DNA from: a virus
Lineage: Duplodnaviria; Caudoviricetes
DNA: 58,511 nt
Virus record (IMG/VR): IMGVR_UViG_3300017913_000450
Location: 1-58,511 of that record
Direction: 5' to 3' (one strand)
A model generated the notes under the pieces. It worked only from the letters and a program-made list of their open reading frames with translations, searched no databases and was not told where the DNA came from. Shown here piece by piece: positions 1 to 9,303 of the stretch; the first letter of the stretch is position 1, and every line of letters begins with the position of its first letter. The position numbers and the translations under genes were made by a program.

Positions 1-165
1 ACTAACCTACTTCATGTGGGTACAAGCGCAGGACGTTCAGTGTTCCAAGGGCTACGACGAGTAGACAATACAACAACCGCTGTCGGTGCAGCAATCAGTG
101 CATCTAATGGCCTAGTGGCTGACGAGTAAGGAGATTACAGATGACGGTAAACGTATCTAAGCCAG
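1..165. repeat. Terminal direct repeat / circular overlap (copy 1)
   Basis: Matches 58347-58511 with 7 mismatches (positions 3, 25-27, 29-30, 105); 106-165 identical. Contains the 3' end of the large tail fibre gene and the start of the 141 ORF. Confidence 0.95.
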
Positions 166-1160
166 CCATTAATGTAAGAGAAAAACTGGCAGAACTAGAC
201 AAGCCCACAGGCATAGCTGGTGAGGCAATGCTACGGGCTGAGACACCACAGGAACAGTTTAACCTGATTAGTGCAGGGCGTAGGAACCTGATTATCAATG
301 GTAACTTTCAGGTAAACCAACGAGGAACAAGCATATCTGGCACAACCTACTTTTATGGTGCGGCTGACAGGTGGCAAGGATATGGCTATTCAACAAATAG
401 CTGTACTATAGCAGTGGTAGATAGCAGTGAGATTTTACCAGACGGCAGTGCTATCTCTAGGTATTTAAGCGTTACGTCAACAAGTAATCGTGTTTTTGTA
501 ATGACGAATGTAGAAAATCTCGCCCAATTTAATAAACAGACTTTAACTCTTTCTGGTTGGGTAAAGTGTCCTAGTGGAAATGCTTGTATTGGCACAGATT
601 TAGAGATGGGCGGTGCTTTAAATTATGGATCGGGCGGCTCTACCGCCGAAGGTATTACTAACTTTGGGGATGGAACAAAATCGGGTACTGTGCTTAGTGA
701 TGAATGGCAAAAGTTTACTAAGACCATAACAATACCCGATATTTCTGCAAAAACTTTTGGTTCAAGTAATACAAGTCGCCTAGAGTTTTATTTAACTTCC
801 GACAGTGTATCTGGAACATTACATTTTGCAAACGTCCAACTAGAACTAGGCAAAGTCGCCACGCCCTTCGAGCATCGGTCTTACGGGGAAGAACTGGCGT
901 TGTGTCAGCGGTATTATTGGAGGCCACCAAGCGGAACTCAATTTTTCGCCTATCAATATCAACCTAGTTATAGGATGGCACAAGTAAGGATGCCAGTAGA
1001 AATGCGTTCCACGCCAACAGTCACGTATAGTACATCTGGAGGTAGTGGTTGGTCATTATACAATCACAATAATACTCACATAGGGTACTACGCAACTGCG
1101 GCAAATACGTTAGCCAGCAATGTGTACATCCATGATTTAAAATGTGATGCGGAGTTATAA
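141..1160 (+). CDS. Tail fibre-associated protein with carbohydrate-binding-like domain
   Basis: AAGGAG RBS; RRNLIINGNFQVNQRG...ADRW and VQLELGKVATPFEHRSYGEELALCQRYY motifs typical of marine phage tail proteins. Confidence 0.75.
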   Translation: MTVNVSKPAINVREKLAELDKPTGIAGEAMLRAETPQEQFNLISAGRRNLIINGNFQVNQRGTSISGTTYFYGAADRWQGYGYSTNSCTIAVVDSSEILPDGSAISRYLSVTSTSNRVFVMTNVENLAQFNKQTLTLSGWVKCPSGNACIGTDLEMGGALNYGSGGSTAEGITNFGDGTKSGTVLSDEWQKFTKTITIPDISAKTFGSSNTSRLEFYLTSDSVSGTLHFANVQLELGKVATPFEHRSYGEELALCQRYYWRPPSGTQFFAYQYQPSYRMAQVRMPVEMRSTPTVTYSTSGGSGWSLYNHNNTHIGYYATAANTLASNVYIHDLKCDAEL

Positions 1161-1162
1161 TT

Positions 1163-1693
1163 ATGTTTGAAGTTCGATTAGACACATTTACAAATGAAAA
1201 GTCAGGTATCTACTGCCAAACTCATGACCATGACATCCCCCTAGACCCTGCAAACCGCCACTATCAGGAAGTGCTAGACGCAATCATTGCAGAAGGTGCA
1301 GCCTGTTTCGACGGTGATATTCCTGAAGACCTACAAGCAGCGGCAGACGAAAAGCAGTTCAACCAACAGCTTGCAGACTACCGTGTAGCAGTGGCCAGAC
1401 TAGAACAGTATGTGGTTGCAGATGGTCGTGCAGAAGTCACTGAAATGCAGCCCACAGGTGAACAGGTCTGGAACGAAGAAACAATGGAAATGGAAGATGT
1501 GATGCATGAAGTCATCACAGTCACAGCCATTGAACCTGTCGAAGCCACGGTTCAGCAAACGACGTATGACCAAGACGGCGACGCCACGACAACGACAATC
1601 GAAAACCCGCTCATAACGCAAGACAACGCTGAACGTGCGGCGGCGCAGGCCGTCGTAGACGCGACGCCCGAAGACGTAAGGAATGCAGCATGA
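1163..1693 (+). CDS. Tail fibre-associated/assembly protein
   Basis: IPLDPANRHYQE motif; acidic; lies between tail fibre genes. Confidence 0.6.
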   Translation: MFEVRLDTFTNEKSGIYCQTHDHDIPLDPANRHYQEVLDAIIAEGAACFDGDIPEDLQAAADEKQFNQQLADYRVAVARLEQYVVADGRAEVTEMQPTGEQVWNEETMEMEDVMHEVITVTAIEPVEATVQQTTYDQDGDATTTTIENPLITQDNAERAAAQAVVDATPEDVRNAA

Positions 1694-3456
1694 CACGCGC
1701 CCGTACTCTCGCAGACATGATCTCAGACGGTGTCATCGGCACCACCGAACTTGCCGACGACGCGATCACCCCCGTCAAGCTCGACGAGACGGGCAACTAT
1801 ACTATCGCGCAACTCGATGTGAATGGCACGCTCACGGCTGACGGGCTGACTGTGGATGGTGGCACTGGTAATTACGGGATTGAAATTGAGGCTCGTACCG
1901 ACTTTACAGGCATAAGCGGTCAGTTAGGTATAACCGATAGCACAGGTAGTGCGATATTAAATACTGTTAGTGGTAATTTAAATATTTCTACAGGTGCGAC
2001 TTTTGGCACCAGTACAGGAACACAAAGGCTACAAATAGGTTCAGGCGGCGACATCAGCTTCTACGACACCTCTGATAACGCAAAGTTCTTCTGGGATGCG
2101 AGTGAAGAAAGTCTAACGATTGGCCCAGCAACCAACACTGCCGCAAATTTACTTTTAACCAGAACTGGCTCAACAGAATACGCCAATACAGTCCTTGAAG
2201 CTGGTAGAAAGTATCAGATAGGGTCGGGAGGTGCTTCTACGGGTGATTATGCAAATAAGTTCTACATTTATGATAACACAGGGGGTGCGCCAAGACTTAG
2301 CCTAGATAGTTCGGGTAATTTTGCCCTTGGTACGATGACTCCGACAGCAAACGGACTGACAATCGCTAGTTCTGTTGCTAACGCAAGCAATATGCAATTC
2401 CACATAGGCGGTAATAGCACTTCCCCAAGTACAGGAACCTACGATACTATCTCTAACAATAATCATGGCGATTTACTGATTTCTAGTAACGCCTATGTAA
2501 ATTCTAACAGCAACCCTGTAATCATAAACAACCACAGTGACATGGGTGCTACAGGCATCCAAATTGGCGGTAATGGAAGCCACGATCTTCGGTTCTACAC
2601 TCAGCAAGCAAGTTCTACTGCAGGGACTGAGATAACAAATGCGGAGCGTATGCGTATCAAAGCCGCTGGTGATATTTATATAGGTAAAACCACTGGCTCT
2701 CTTGGTACGGCAGGGACGGTCATCTACGGCGGTTCATATCCAGGGCTTATTGAAAGCACAGCCGATAATTTAAAAGTCATGACGCTAAACCGTGAAAATG
2801 CTGACGGTGGAATTATTGATTTCCGCAAAAATGCAAGTCAGATCGGTGAAATCGGCGTTGTAGCGGGTGACAACCTCTATATCGGCTCCACAGCCAGCGG
2901 CCACACAGGCATTAGCTTTGGGTCTAACGAATGGACGCCTATGTCTCCTGTGGGAACCAACGCTGACGACACGGTAGACATCGGTGCTTCAAGTCGGCGT
3001 ATCCGTAAAATCTTTACTTCTCAGGGTATTTTCCTCGGCGGGACGGGTAGTTCAAATCAGTTGGAGGACTATGAGGAGGGGAATTGGACACCAACAATCA
3101 CAGGCGGGTTTACTGGCAGCGGATTGGGTAAATATACGAAAGTAGGCGACATCGTTTATGTAACAGCAAACTTATATCGTCCCGCAGATACTTCCTCTTC
3201 TACTGAAATACAAATTGGCGGCTGGCCCTTCACACCTGCATCCCTTGGGCATTGGCAGTTACTGAATGTATCAATGCGTTATGTAAATGTAGATGAAAAG
3301 ATTGTTGCTGGTGTGATGATAGATAGCGTTAGCACATACCACGGTAAAATTCTTACATTTAGCGATAGTGGAAGTGACTATCAGTATCTCACTCACTCGG
3401 TGTCTACCAGTAGTTACTGGACCTTCCAAATAAGCGGAACTTACAAAACAGCATAA
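1690..3456 (+). CDS. Tail fibre protein
   Basis: G/S/T-rich; MTRARTLAD N-terminus; ERMRI motif and LEDYEEGNWTP...GKYTKVG C-terminal module; ATGA overlap with previous gene. Confidence 0.8.
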   Translation: MTRARTLADMISDGVIGTTELADDAITPVKLDETGNYTIAQLDVNGTLTADGLTVDGGTGNYGIEIEARTDFTGISGQLGITDSTGSAILNTVSGNLNISTGATFGTSTGTQRLQIGSGGDISFYDTSDNAKFFWDASEESLTIGPATNTAANLLLTRTGSTEYANTVLEAGRKYQIGSGGASTGDYANKFYIYDNTGGAPRLSLDSSGNFALGTMTPTANGLTIASSVANASNMQFHIGGNSTSPSTGTYDTISNNNHGDLLISSNAYVNSNSNPVIINNHSDMGATGIQIGGNGSHDLRFYTQQASSTAGTEITNAERMRIKAAGDIYIGKTTGSLGTAGTVIYGGSYPGLIESTADNLKVMTLNRENADGGIIDFRKNASQIGEIGVVAGDNLYIGSTASGHTGISFGSNEWTPMSPVGTNADDTVDIGASSRRIRKIFTSQGIFLGGTGSSNQLEDYEEGNWTPTITGGFTGSGLGKYTKVGDIVYVTANLYRPADTSSSTEIQIGGWPFTPASLGHWQLLNVSMRYVNVDEKIVAGVMIDSVSTYHGKILTFSDSGSDYQYLTHSVSTSSYWTFQISGTYKTA

Positions 3457-3507
3457 CCCACTGCATAGCTTTGGGTCGGACAGTCCAACCATCACAGGAG
3501 ATAAACG

Positions 3508-3777
3508 ATGGCACTAACAGAAGAAACACTTAACGACAAAATTGAAGTCGTTCACAACGGCACATTTCCTGTCGTGCAAGTTCGTACAGCGAACATCATC
3601 AAGCGTGATGGCGAAGAAATCAGCCGTTCATTTCACCGTCATGTGGTAATGCCTGACGCTGATCTAACGCAGGAAGACGCTGACGTAGCAGCCATCTGCA
3701 CACCAGTGTTCACGCAAGAAGTCAAAGACGCATACGCAGCCCACATTGCGGCACGGGAACAAACGGCAGCAGAATAA
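3508..3777 (+). CDS. Small tail-fibre-associated protein
   Basis: AGGAG RBS; DKIEV...VQVR...EISRSFHRHV pattern commonly found after such fibres. Confidence 0.65.
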   Translation: MALTEETLNDKIEVVHNGTFPVVQVRTANIIKRDGEEISRSFHRHVVMPDADLTQEDADVAAICTPVFTQEVKDAYAAHIAAREQTAAE

Positions 3778-4025
3778 TGGAAATGGACGGCATGCTATTC
3801 TGGAACGTACTCTTGACGCTGGTCATTGCGCCAGCGTTTTGGACGTTCCGACAGTTCACGGCAGAAGTGAAGCGTCTTGACATCCTCCTGAACAAGACGC
3901 GCGAAGAGCTTGCCAAGCAATACATTACAAAAGACGAAGTCCATATGGACATCGGTCGCGTTATTGACCGTCTCGAAGCGCTCGACGCAAAGCTCGACCG
4001 CATACTCGAAGTCAAGGGACGATAA
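3777..4025 (+). CDS. Small membrane protein with coiled coil (holin-like)
   Basis: One N-terminal hydrophobic helix plus heptad-rich C-terminus; TAATG coupling. Confidence 0.55.
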   Translation: MEMDGMLFWNVLLTLVIAPAFWTFRQFTAEVKRLDILLNKTREELAKQYITKDEVHMDIGRVIDRLEALDAKLDRILEVKGR

Positions 4026-4047
4026 CCTTATCGACCCTGTGTATGAT
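4017..4047 (+). promoter_or_regulatory. Putative late promoter GGACGA-N19-TATGAT
   Basis: One of 11 copies with fixed spacing; 25 bp upstream of the 4073 start. Confidence 0.75.
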
Positions 4048-4072
4048 GGCCTTGTCTATATAGGAGGACACC

Positions 4073-4165
4073 ATGAAATCATCATCCACAAAGAACCGTG
4101 CTTTTGGCACCGTCGTAGCAGGCGCAGCAAAAGCCAAAAAAGGTAAGAAGCAGAAGCGCAAATGA
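4073..4165 (+). CDS. 30-aa basic micropeptide (MKSSSTKNRAFGTVVAGAAKAKKGKKQKRK)
   Basis: Not in the ORF track; strong AGGAGG RBS, directly after a late promoter, ATGA overlap with the next gene. Confidence 0.75.
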   Translation: MKSSSTKNRAFGTVVAGAAKAKKGKKQKRK

Positions 4166-4422
4166 CCTCAAAAAGTAAGATCAAAGCCATCGACGGTCTT
4201 ACGAAATCGCAAGGTTGGCGCATAATGCGCGAGGTTATGGAGCAAGAAATAGTGCAGGCTGCGATGCAGATTGCCGAAACTCCCACCATGCCACTCGATG
4301 AAATCAACTTCAGACGCGGTTCTATCTGGGCCGCCAAGACGATGTTGGAGTTACCTGAACGTCTTCGCATGAAGCTCGAAGCAGAGACCGTTCTCACAAA
4401 GGACGACAGCCCAGACGCCTAA
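4162..4422 (+). CDS. Small conserved pre-scaffold protein
   Basis: SQGWRIM...INFRRGSIWA pattern and position before the scaffold gene. Confidence 0.65.
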   Translation: MTSKSKIKAIDGLTKSQGWRIMREVMEQEIVQAAMQIAETPTMPLDEINFRRGSIWAAKTMLELPERLRMKLEAETVLTKDDSPDA

Positions 4423-4432
4423 AGGGCATACT
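4401..4432 (+). promoter_or_regulatory. Putative late promoter GGACGA-N20-CATACT
   Basis: Motif copy 50 bp upstream of the scaffold gene. Confidence 0.7.
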
Positions 4433-4482
4433 CGCAACATTAACGCAAACCGTCCCGCTTCGGCTGGACAAAGGAGATAAAA

Positions 4483-5517
4483 ATGGCAACACCGCAATCA
4501 CCCGATCAAATGGCCGCAATGGTTGACAACATCGCCGCCAAGCAGATGGGCGTAGCTCCGCAACAGGCCGAGCAGACACAGCAAGCCAAGGAGCCACCCA
4601 AAGAAAGCAGCCAAGAAAAAGCCGCAGAGAAAGGATCGCCCGAAACAGAAGGCGACAAAATCAGCGCAGACGCTGTTATTTACGAAGTTCAGTTTGGCGA
4701 CAACGACACGCGCAAACTAACTCCCCAACAAATTAAATCGACATTCGACCGCTACAGCGCGATGAACTACAAGAACGCGCAGTACAAGCCAGTCATGGAC
4801 TTGATCGACCAGTACATGCGCCAGACGGGCCAAAGCCCCAAGCAGATGGCTGAATATCTACAGAACGTCCAGAAAGCCCAGCAGTCAAACCCACAGATGG
4901 GCAACACTCAAGGCGACAAGTCTGGCCCTCCCTACGACAAAGAGCCACAAGCTGGCGACCTCGACGCATCCCTAAAGAAGTGGGAAGAAGAGAACGCAGC
5001 GTCTCTACCCCCTGGATACCGCGACATGATGGTCGGCAGCCAGACGCAGATGCAGCAGATGCAGCAGCAACTGGCTCAGACGCAAGCAATGCTCCGCCAA
5101 GTCTTGGGCAACGCACAAGGTATGACAGACGCAGCCCGCGCTGGTATGCAGCAAGGCCAAGCAAAGCAAGCAAATGCAGTGCGCCAACAAATTGCAAACA
5201 ACATTGACCGTAGCCAACAGGCTCTCAAGCTCCCAGACGAAAAAGCGCAAGACTTTATGGTCTTCGCAGCAGAGCGCGGCTACACAATGGAAGACTTTGC
5301 AGACATCCAGCTAACATTCAAAGTGATGTCAGACTTTAAAAACAACATGGACAGCCCAGAGATGGAGCGCATGCGCCAGATTGCACAGCGCAGACAGGCG
5401 TTTACAGGTTCTCTTGGCTCCACCCCAGCGTCTGGTGCAGCACCAGAAGCAGCGCCAGAAGGCAACCGTTTTGACCAGTTTGCTTCAGCCGCTATGGCGA
5501 AGCGCGGGATGGGATAA
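4483..5517 (+). CDS. Capsid scaffolding protein
   Basis: Q/E/A-rich, helical, directly upstream of the major capsid gene; AAGGAG RBS. Confidence 0.75.
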   Translation: MATPQSPDQMAAMVDNIAAKQMGVAPQQAEQTQQAKEPPKESSQEKAAEKGSPETEGDKISADAVIYEVQFGDNDTRKLTPQQIKSTFDRYSAMNYKNAQYKPVMDLIDQYMRQTGQSPKQMAEYLQNVQKAQQSNPQMGNTQGDKSGPPYDKEPQAGDLDASLKKWEEENAASLPPGYRDMMVGSQTQMQQMQQQLAQTQAMLRQVLGNAQGMTDAARAGMQQGQAKQANAVRQQIANNIDRSQQALKLPDEKAQDFMVFAAERGYTMEDFADIQLTFKVMSDFKNNMDSPEMERMRQIAQRRQAFTGSLGSTPASGAAPEAAPEGNRFDQFASAAMAKRGMG

Positions 5518-5542
5518 AAGACCTCGTATCCTCCCTGAACTA

Positions 5543-5568
5543 GCCCCGCTTCGGCGGGGCATTTTGTT
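5543..5568 (+). terminator. Rho-independent terminator
   Basis: GCCCCGC-TTCG-GCGGGGC perfect stem with UUCG loop, then ATTTTGTT. Confidence 0.8.
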
Positions 5569-5570
5569 AG

Positions 5571-5601
5571 GGACGAAAAACTTTTTCGAACACGCTACAA
5601 T
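5571..5601 (+). promoter_or_regulatory. Putative late promoter GGACGA-N19-TACAAT (major capsid)
   Basis: Motif copy immediately after the terminator and upstream of the capsid gene. Confidence 0.75.
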
Positions 5602-5723
5602 CCCCTTAATGCCACTATGTTGCGCTACGGCCTGACAGGCAGCAACTGGGCCAACGCGATGGTTTTGACCGCGTAGCTCGCTGAACCGCTTAACGTAACC
5701 AGCCTTTATAAGGAGACTTTCTC

Positions 5724-6917
5724 ATGGCTGCTATTCAAGGACTGCGCGGATCAGGCGAGTTTTCGACTGATTTCCGCCCTAAAAACTACCGTGAGCTTTT
5801 CACGCTTATGGAACCAAACGGCAACGCGCCACTGAACGCACTTTTGGCAATGGGATCATCTGAACCTACAGACGACCCTGAGTACAAAAACTTCCGTGAC
5901 GAACTGCCTGACCGCAAAATGACTGTGAACGGTGCTGTCGCTTCGACATCCACTGGCACAATCACTATCGACGCGTCTGACGACAACAAGTTTGCTGTCA
6001 ACGGATCAATCGTCGTGAACAGCGAAACTGGCGAAGTAATGCACGTTACTGCTGACACCACAGCGACCACGCTGACTGTCACTCGTAACATCGGCGGCAC
6101 AACGCACCAAATCGCTGACAACGCGGAACTGTTCATCGCTGGCTTCGCCGCACAGGAAGGTGGCTCATCGCCAACTGCAATTAGTTTCGACGCCACAGTT
6201 GCATCGAACTTTACGCAAATCTTCCGTACAGCGTTCCAAGTATCGAACACATTGAACTCAACATTCTTGCGCACTGGCGACAAGATGGACGAGGCAATGA
6301 CCAAAGCTCTAAAACTACACATGTCAGACATCGAACGTGCGATGTTCTTTGGTGTGAAGCACGAGAGCAACGGGTCAACTGCACAGCCAACTCGCTTCAC
6401 TGGCGGTTTGTTGAACAGCTTGACTAACGTCGTCGACATCAACACCGACTACGCCACATACGGCGGTTCTGGTGCTGGTAAGATGCCAGAAGAAGGTTTC
6501 GACAGCTTGCTGATCTCAACCATCTTCAAATATGGTTCGAAGCAAAAAATCGCCTTCGTAGGTGAAAACGTAGCGAACCACCTCCAGCAGTACGGTAAAG
6601 ACCGCTGGCAGCCAACTGCGCTAGAAGGTGCGTATGGTGTGAACCTAACACGCTATAACACATTCGCTGGCGACCTTATGGTTCACCTGCACCCGCAGTT
6701 CCGCCAAGTCCCTGGAATGAAGAACTCAATGATTATCGTTGACTTCCCATACCTATCTTACCGCTACCTTGAAGGACGCGACACTCAGTTGCTGGAAAAC
6801 CGCCAGTCACCTGATGCCGACAGCGTCAAGCACGAGTACCTGACCGAATGTGGTCTGGAACTTCTGCAAGACAAAGTTCACGCGTACATCAAGAACTGGA
6901 CAACGCGCACTGCGTAA
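5724..6917 (+). CDS. Major capsid protein (SU10/DUF5309-like)
   Basis: NFTQIFRTAFQVS, H..DIERAMFFG, RFTGG and EYLTECGLE motifs; follows the scaffold; AAGGAG RBS. Confidence 0.88.
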   Translation: MAAIQGLRGSGEFSTDFRPKNYRELFTLMEPNGNAPLNALLAMGSSEPTDDPEYKNFRDELPDRKMTVNGAVASTSTGTITIDASDDNKFAVNGSIVVNSETGEVMHVTADTTATTLTVTRNIGGTTHQIADNAELFIAGFAAQEGGSSPTAISFDATVASNFTQIFRTAFQVSNTLNSTFLRTGDKMDEAMTKALKLHMSDIERAMFFGVKHESNGSTAQPTRFTGGLLNSLTNVVDINTDYATYGGSGAGKMPEEGFDSLLISTIFKYGSKQKIAFVGENVANHLQQYGKDRWQPTALEGAYGVNLTRYNTFAGDLMVHLHPQFRQVPGMKNSMIIVDFPYLSYRYLEGRDTQLLENRQSPDADSVKHEYLTECGLELLQDKVHAYIKNWTTRTA

Positions 6918-6948
6918 GGACGACGAAGTCTAGTAAGTAGTTCATTAT
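6918..6948 (+). promoter_or_regulatory. Putative late promoter GGACGA-N19-CATTAT
   Basis: Motif copy starting right after the capsid stop codon. Confidence 0.7.
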
Positions 6949-6978
6949 AGGGGGCGTAGACACGCCCCCTATTTCTTT
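6947..6978 (+). terminator. Rho-independent terminator after the capsid gene
   Basis: ATAGGGGGCGT-AGAC-ACGCCCCCTAT 11-bp stem followed by TTCTTT. Confidence 0.8.
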
Positions 6979-6987
6979 GGAGGAAAC

Positions 6988-7326
6988 ATGGCAACCACAA
7001 CTAAAAAGACAACCGCCAAAGCAGCGCCAAAGCGCAAACGCGCACGCACTGCTGAAGGCCACTTCATCAAAGACGACCCGTCAACTCCAGACGTAAATGA
7101 AGCGTATGTTCAGGAAGAACCTGCGGCCCCAGCGCCAAAGGCAGAACCAGAATATGTTTGGTATCAGTCACGAGAAAAGGAACCGACAATGTTCCCTGTG
7201 GCAGGCATCAGCCCGATCCGCAATTTCAGCAGCGGACGTCTTGAGTACAGAGTTAAGAAAGACGACGTGGCCCGCTTTGAAAGCAACCATTTCGTACAGA
7301 ACGCCCGCATCGTCAAGAAGGTATAA
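6988..7326 (+). CDS. Hypothetical virion-associated protein
   Basis: GGAGG RBS; basic N-terminus with RAR..GHFIKDDPSTPDVNEA motif. Confidence 0.7.
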   Translation: MATTTKKTTAKAAPKRKRARTAEGHFIKDDPSTPDVNEAYVQEEPAAPAPKAEPEYVWYQSREKEPTMFPVAGISPIRNFSSGRLEYRVKKDDVARFESNHFVQNARIVKKV

Positions 7327-7329
7327 CCG

Positions 7330-7791
7330 ATGGCACAGAGCAACACGAACCCACACATCCGCGAGAAGAACTCGCCGCTAAATGCACTAGCGATGCAAGC
7401 GCTGCGCAGGTACGGCGACTTCCATGCTGGCACTGTGGATGGCGACGTGATGCTCATGTTTATCGAATTTGCCAACATGATTATCGACGAGATACGGATG
7501 CACCCATATTACGACGGTGTGGAGGTTGATTACTATCAGTCTCCCACCGACGTGCGTGCAATCTCTGATCCCATTGTAGTGGCGGGTCTTCTCTACCATT
7601 ACGCAGCCCAGCAGATGAGCGACAAGCTGCAAGTGTACACCCCACAGTTCCAGCGCATTATGAACCAGCGTTTGTGGGAGCAGTACAACGGCAACACAAA
7701 AATCCAGATGCGCATCACAGATGGCGGCACCAACAAGCGCAATGTGAATGGTGCCAAGACCAATACGAAAAACGGGACGGTTAGTTACTAA
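7330..7791 (+). CDS. Putative head-tail adaptor
   Basis: Helical ~150-aa protein between capsid and nozzle-like genes; positional inference. Confidence 0.55.
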   Translation: MAQSNTNPHIREKNSPLNALAMQALRRYGDFHAGTVDGDVMLMFIEFANMIIDEIRMHPYYDGVEVDYYQSPTDVRAISDPIVVAGLLYHYAAQQMSDKLQVYTPQFQRIMNQRLWEQYNGNTKIQMRITDGGTNKRNVNGAKTNTKNGTVSY

Positions 7792-9302
7792 TGTCGACCA
7801 GCACGCGTTCATCTACTGGCCTCAAGACCAAGACGTTCGTTTATGAGAACTTCCAAGGTCTCGACACGTCGCGCGACATCACATCGCTCGATACTGGCAA
7901 AGAACAGCACCTTTCCAAGATCAACAATGCGACCGCAGACTGGCGTGGCCAGATCGTGCGTGACGCAGCATGTCTCGAACGTGGCGGAGAGTATCGCGTA
8001 CAGCACGTCCGTTTCTTTGGTAAGAACGAACTCGTCTGGGCCGAGCGCACAGGTGCTGGCATTAACTTTAACTCCGAACGTGGCCACGTCTTGGAGAACG
8101 TACACGAGGCGACAGCCATTGTATCAAGCACGGTTTTTAACCAGAACGTGATCTTCGCTTCTCGTGCCAGACCAATGTATGCTTACGACGGCATCAACTT
8201 TAACCGTAACCAATCACCAGCGGCAGACTTGCTGCGCCCTGCATACGTCACGTCTGTGCAGCGACGTCTGGCAGTTGCGGGCATTCCAGGGCGTGAGACC
8301 CAAGTACACCTTTCTCGCGTCGACCAAGACCAAATCTTCCCAGACGACGAAGAGCCAGATAGCACAAGCGTCTTACGCGCTGGCTTTATCGACGTCGCAA
8401 ACCTACTAGGTACAGCCGACCAAATCACGGGCATTGGTTCTTTCGAGCAAAACCGTCTGGTTGTCTTCACGGCTGACCGCGCAATTATCTATCGCGTCGA
8501 TCCAGACCTAACGCGCTGGGTTATTGACGACAACGCAAACATCAACATCGGCTGCGCATCCCACAACACCATCGTAAACGCTGGCACTGACCTACTCTTT
8601 TGCTCGCGCTCTGGCGTCCATTCCATCAAGCGTTCGGAAGAAAACGGTATCCTCGTTTTCAGCTACTCGATGTCTGACAAGATCGACATTCTGTATCGCG
8701 AACTCTTCAACTCAGTAGCAGAGCCAGAAACAATCAGCGCGGTCTTTGACCAAGACACAGCGCAGTATCACATCTTCTTTCCTCAAGGCAGCGGCACATC
8801 ATGTAAGCGCCTCACTCTTGCGACAAACCCAGAGGGCGGGCAGCCCCAACCTAAGTTCTCAACTGGCGATTTTCTCAACGCCAACTGTGGTTCTTTCCTT
8901 GGAGGCAAACTTGTCTTGGGAACCAATGGTGGTGTCTACGAAGTCTTAAAAATCGAAGACGACCGCGAAGACGCATTCACCCCAGAGATGGAGGTCGTAA
9001 CTCCCTATCTTTGGCATGGCAGCTTAATGGATACAAAGGAGACAACCAGCGTCATCCTGCAAGCAACAGGCAAAGGCATCATTGAGATGGATGCCCTTGA
9101 TCTAAATGGGCGAATAATCGGCTCACTTGTCATCGAGGTAGATGACACATCGGACGACAACTACTTTCTCGATGTGCCATTATCCAAACAATATGAACGC
9201 AAGTGGTCGCATCGCTATCTCGCAGCCCAGTATCGCTTCAAAACCAAGGGCGGTGGTGGGCTTCTTAGGATAATTGGCTTCGCAGTGACCGTGAGGACGT
9301 AA
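7791..9302 (+). CDS. Putative tail nozzle / DNA stabilization protein
   Basis: FQGLDTS N-terminus, beta-rich, IGCASHNTIV motif typical of podovirus nozzle proteins. Confidence 0.65.
   Translation: MSTSTRSSTGLKTKTFVYENFQGLDTSRDITSLDTGKEQHLSKINNATADWRGQIVRDAACLERGGEYRVQHVRFFGKNELVWAERTGAGINFNSERGHVLENVHEATAIVSSTVFNQNVIFASRARPMYAYDGINFNRNQSPAADLLRPAYVTSVQRRLAVAGIPGRETQVHLSRVDQDQIFPDDEEPDSTSVLRAGFIDVANLLGTADQITGIGSFEQNRLVVFTADRAIIYRVDPDLTRWVIDDNANINIGCASHNTIVNAGTDLLFCSRSGVHSIKRSEENGILVFSYSMSDKIDILYRELFNSVAEPETISAVFDQDTAQYHIFFPQGSGTSCKRLTLATNPEGGQPQPKFSTGDFLNANCGSFLGGKLVLGTNGGVYEVLKIEDDREDAFTPEMEVVTPYLWHGSLMDTKETTSVILQATGKGIIEMDALDLNGRIIGSLVIEVDDTSDDNYFLDVPLSKQYERKWSHRYLAAQYRFKTKGGGGLLRIIGFAVTVRT
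9152..9183 (+). promoter_or_regulatory. Putative late promoter GGACGA-N20-CATTAT (intragenic)
   Basis: Motif copy inside the 3' end of the nozzle gene, 120 bp upstream of 9304. Confidence 0.55.
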
Positions 9303-9303
9303 A

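Noticed and set aside
141-3456. Diversity-generating retroelement acting on tail fibres
   Set aside because: No reverse transcriptase and no template/variable repeat pair seen; the end-repeat mismatches are not adenine-specific.
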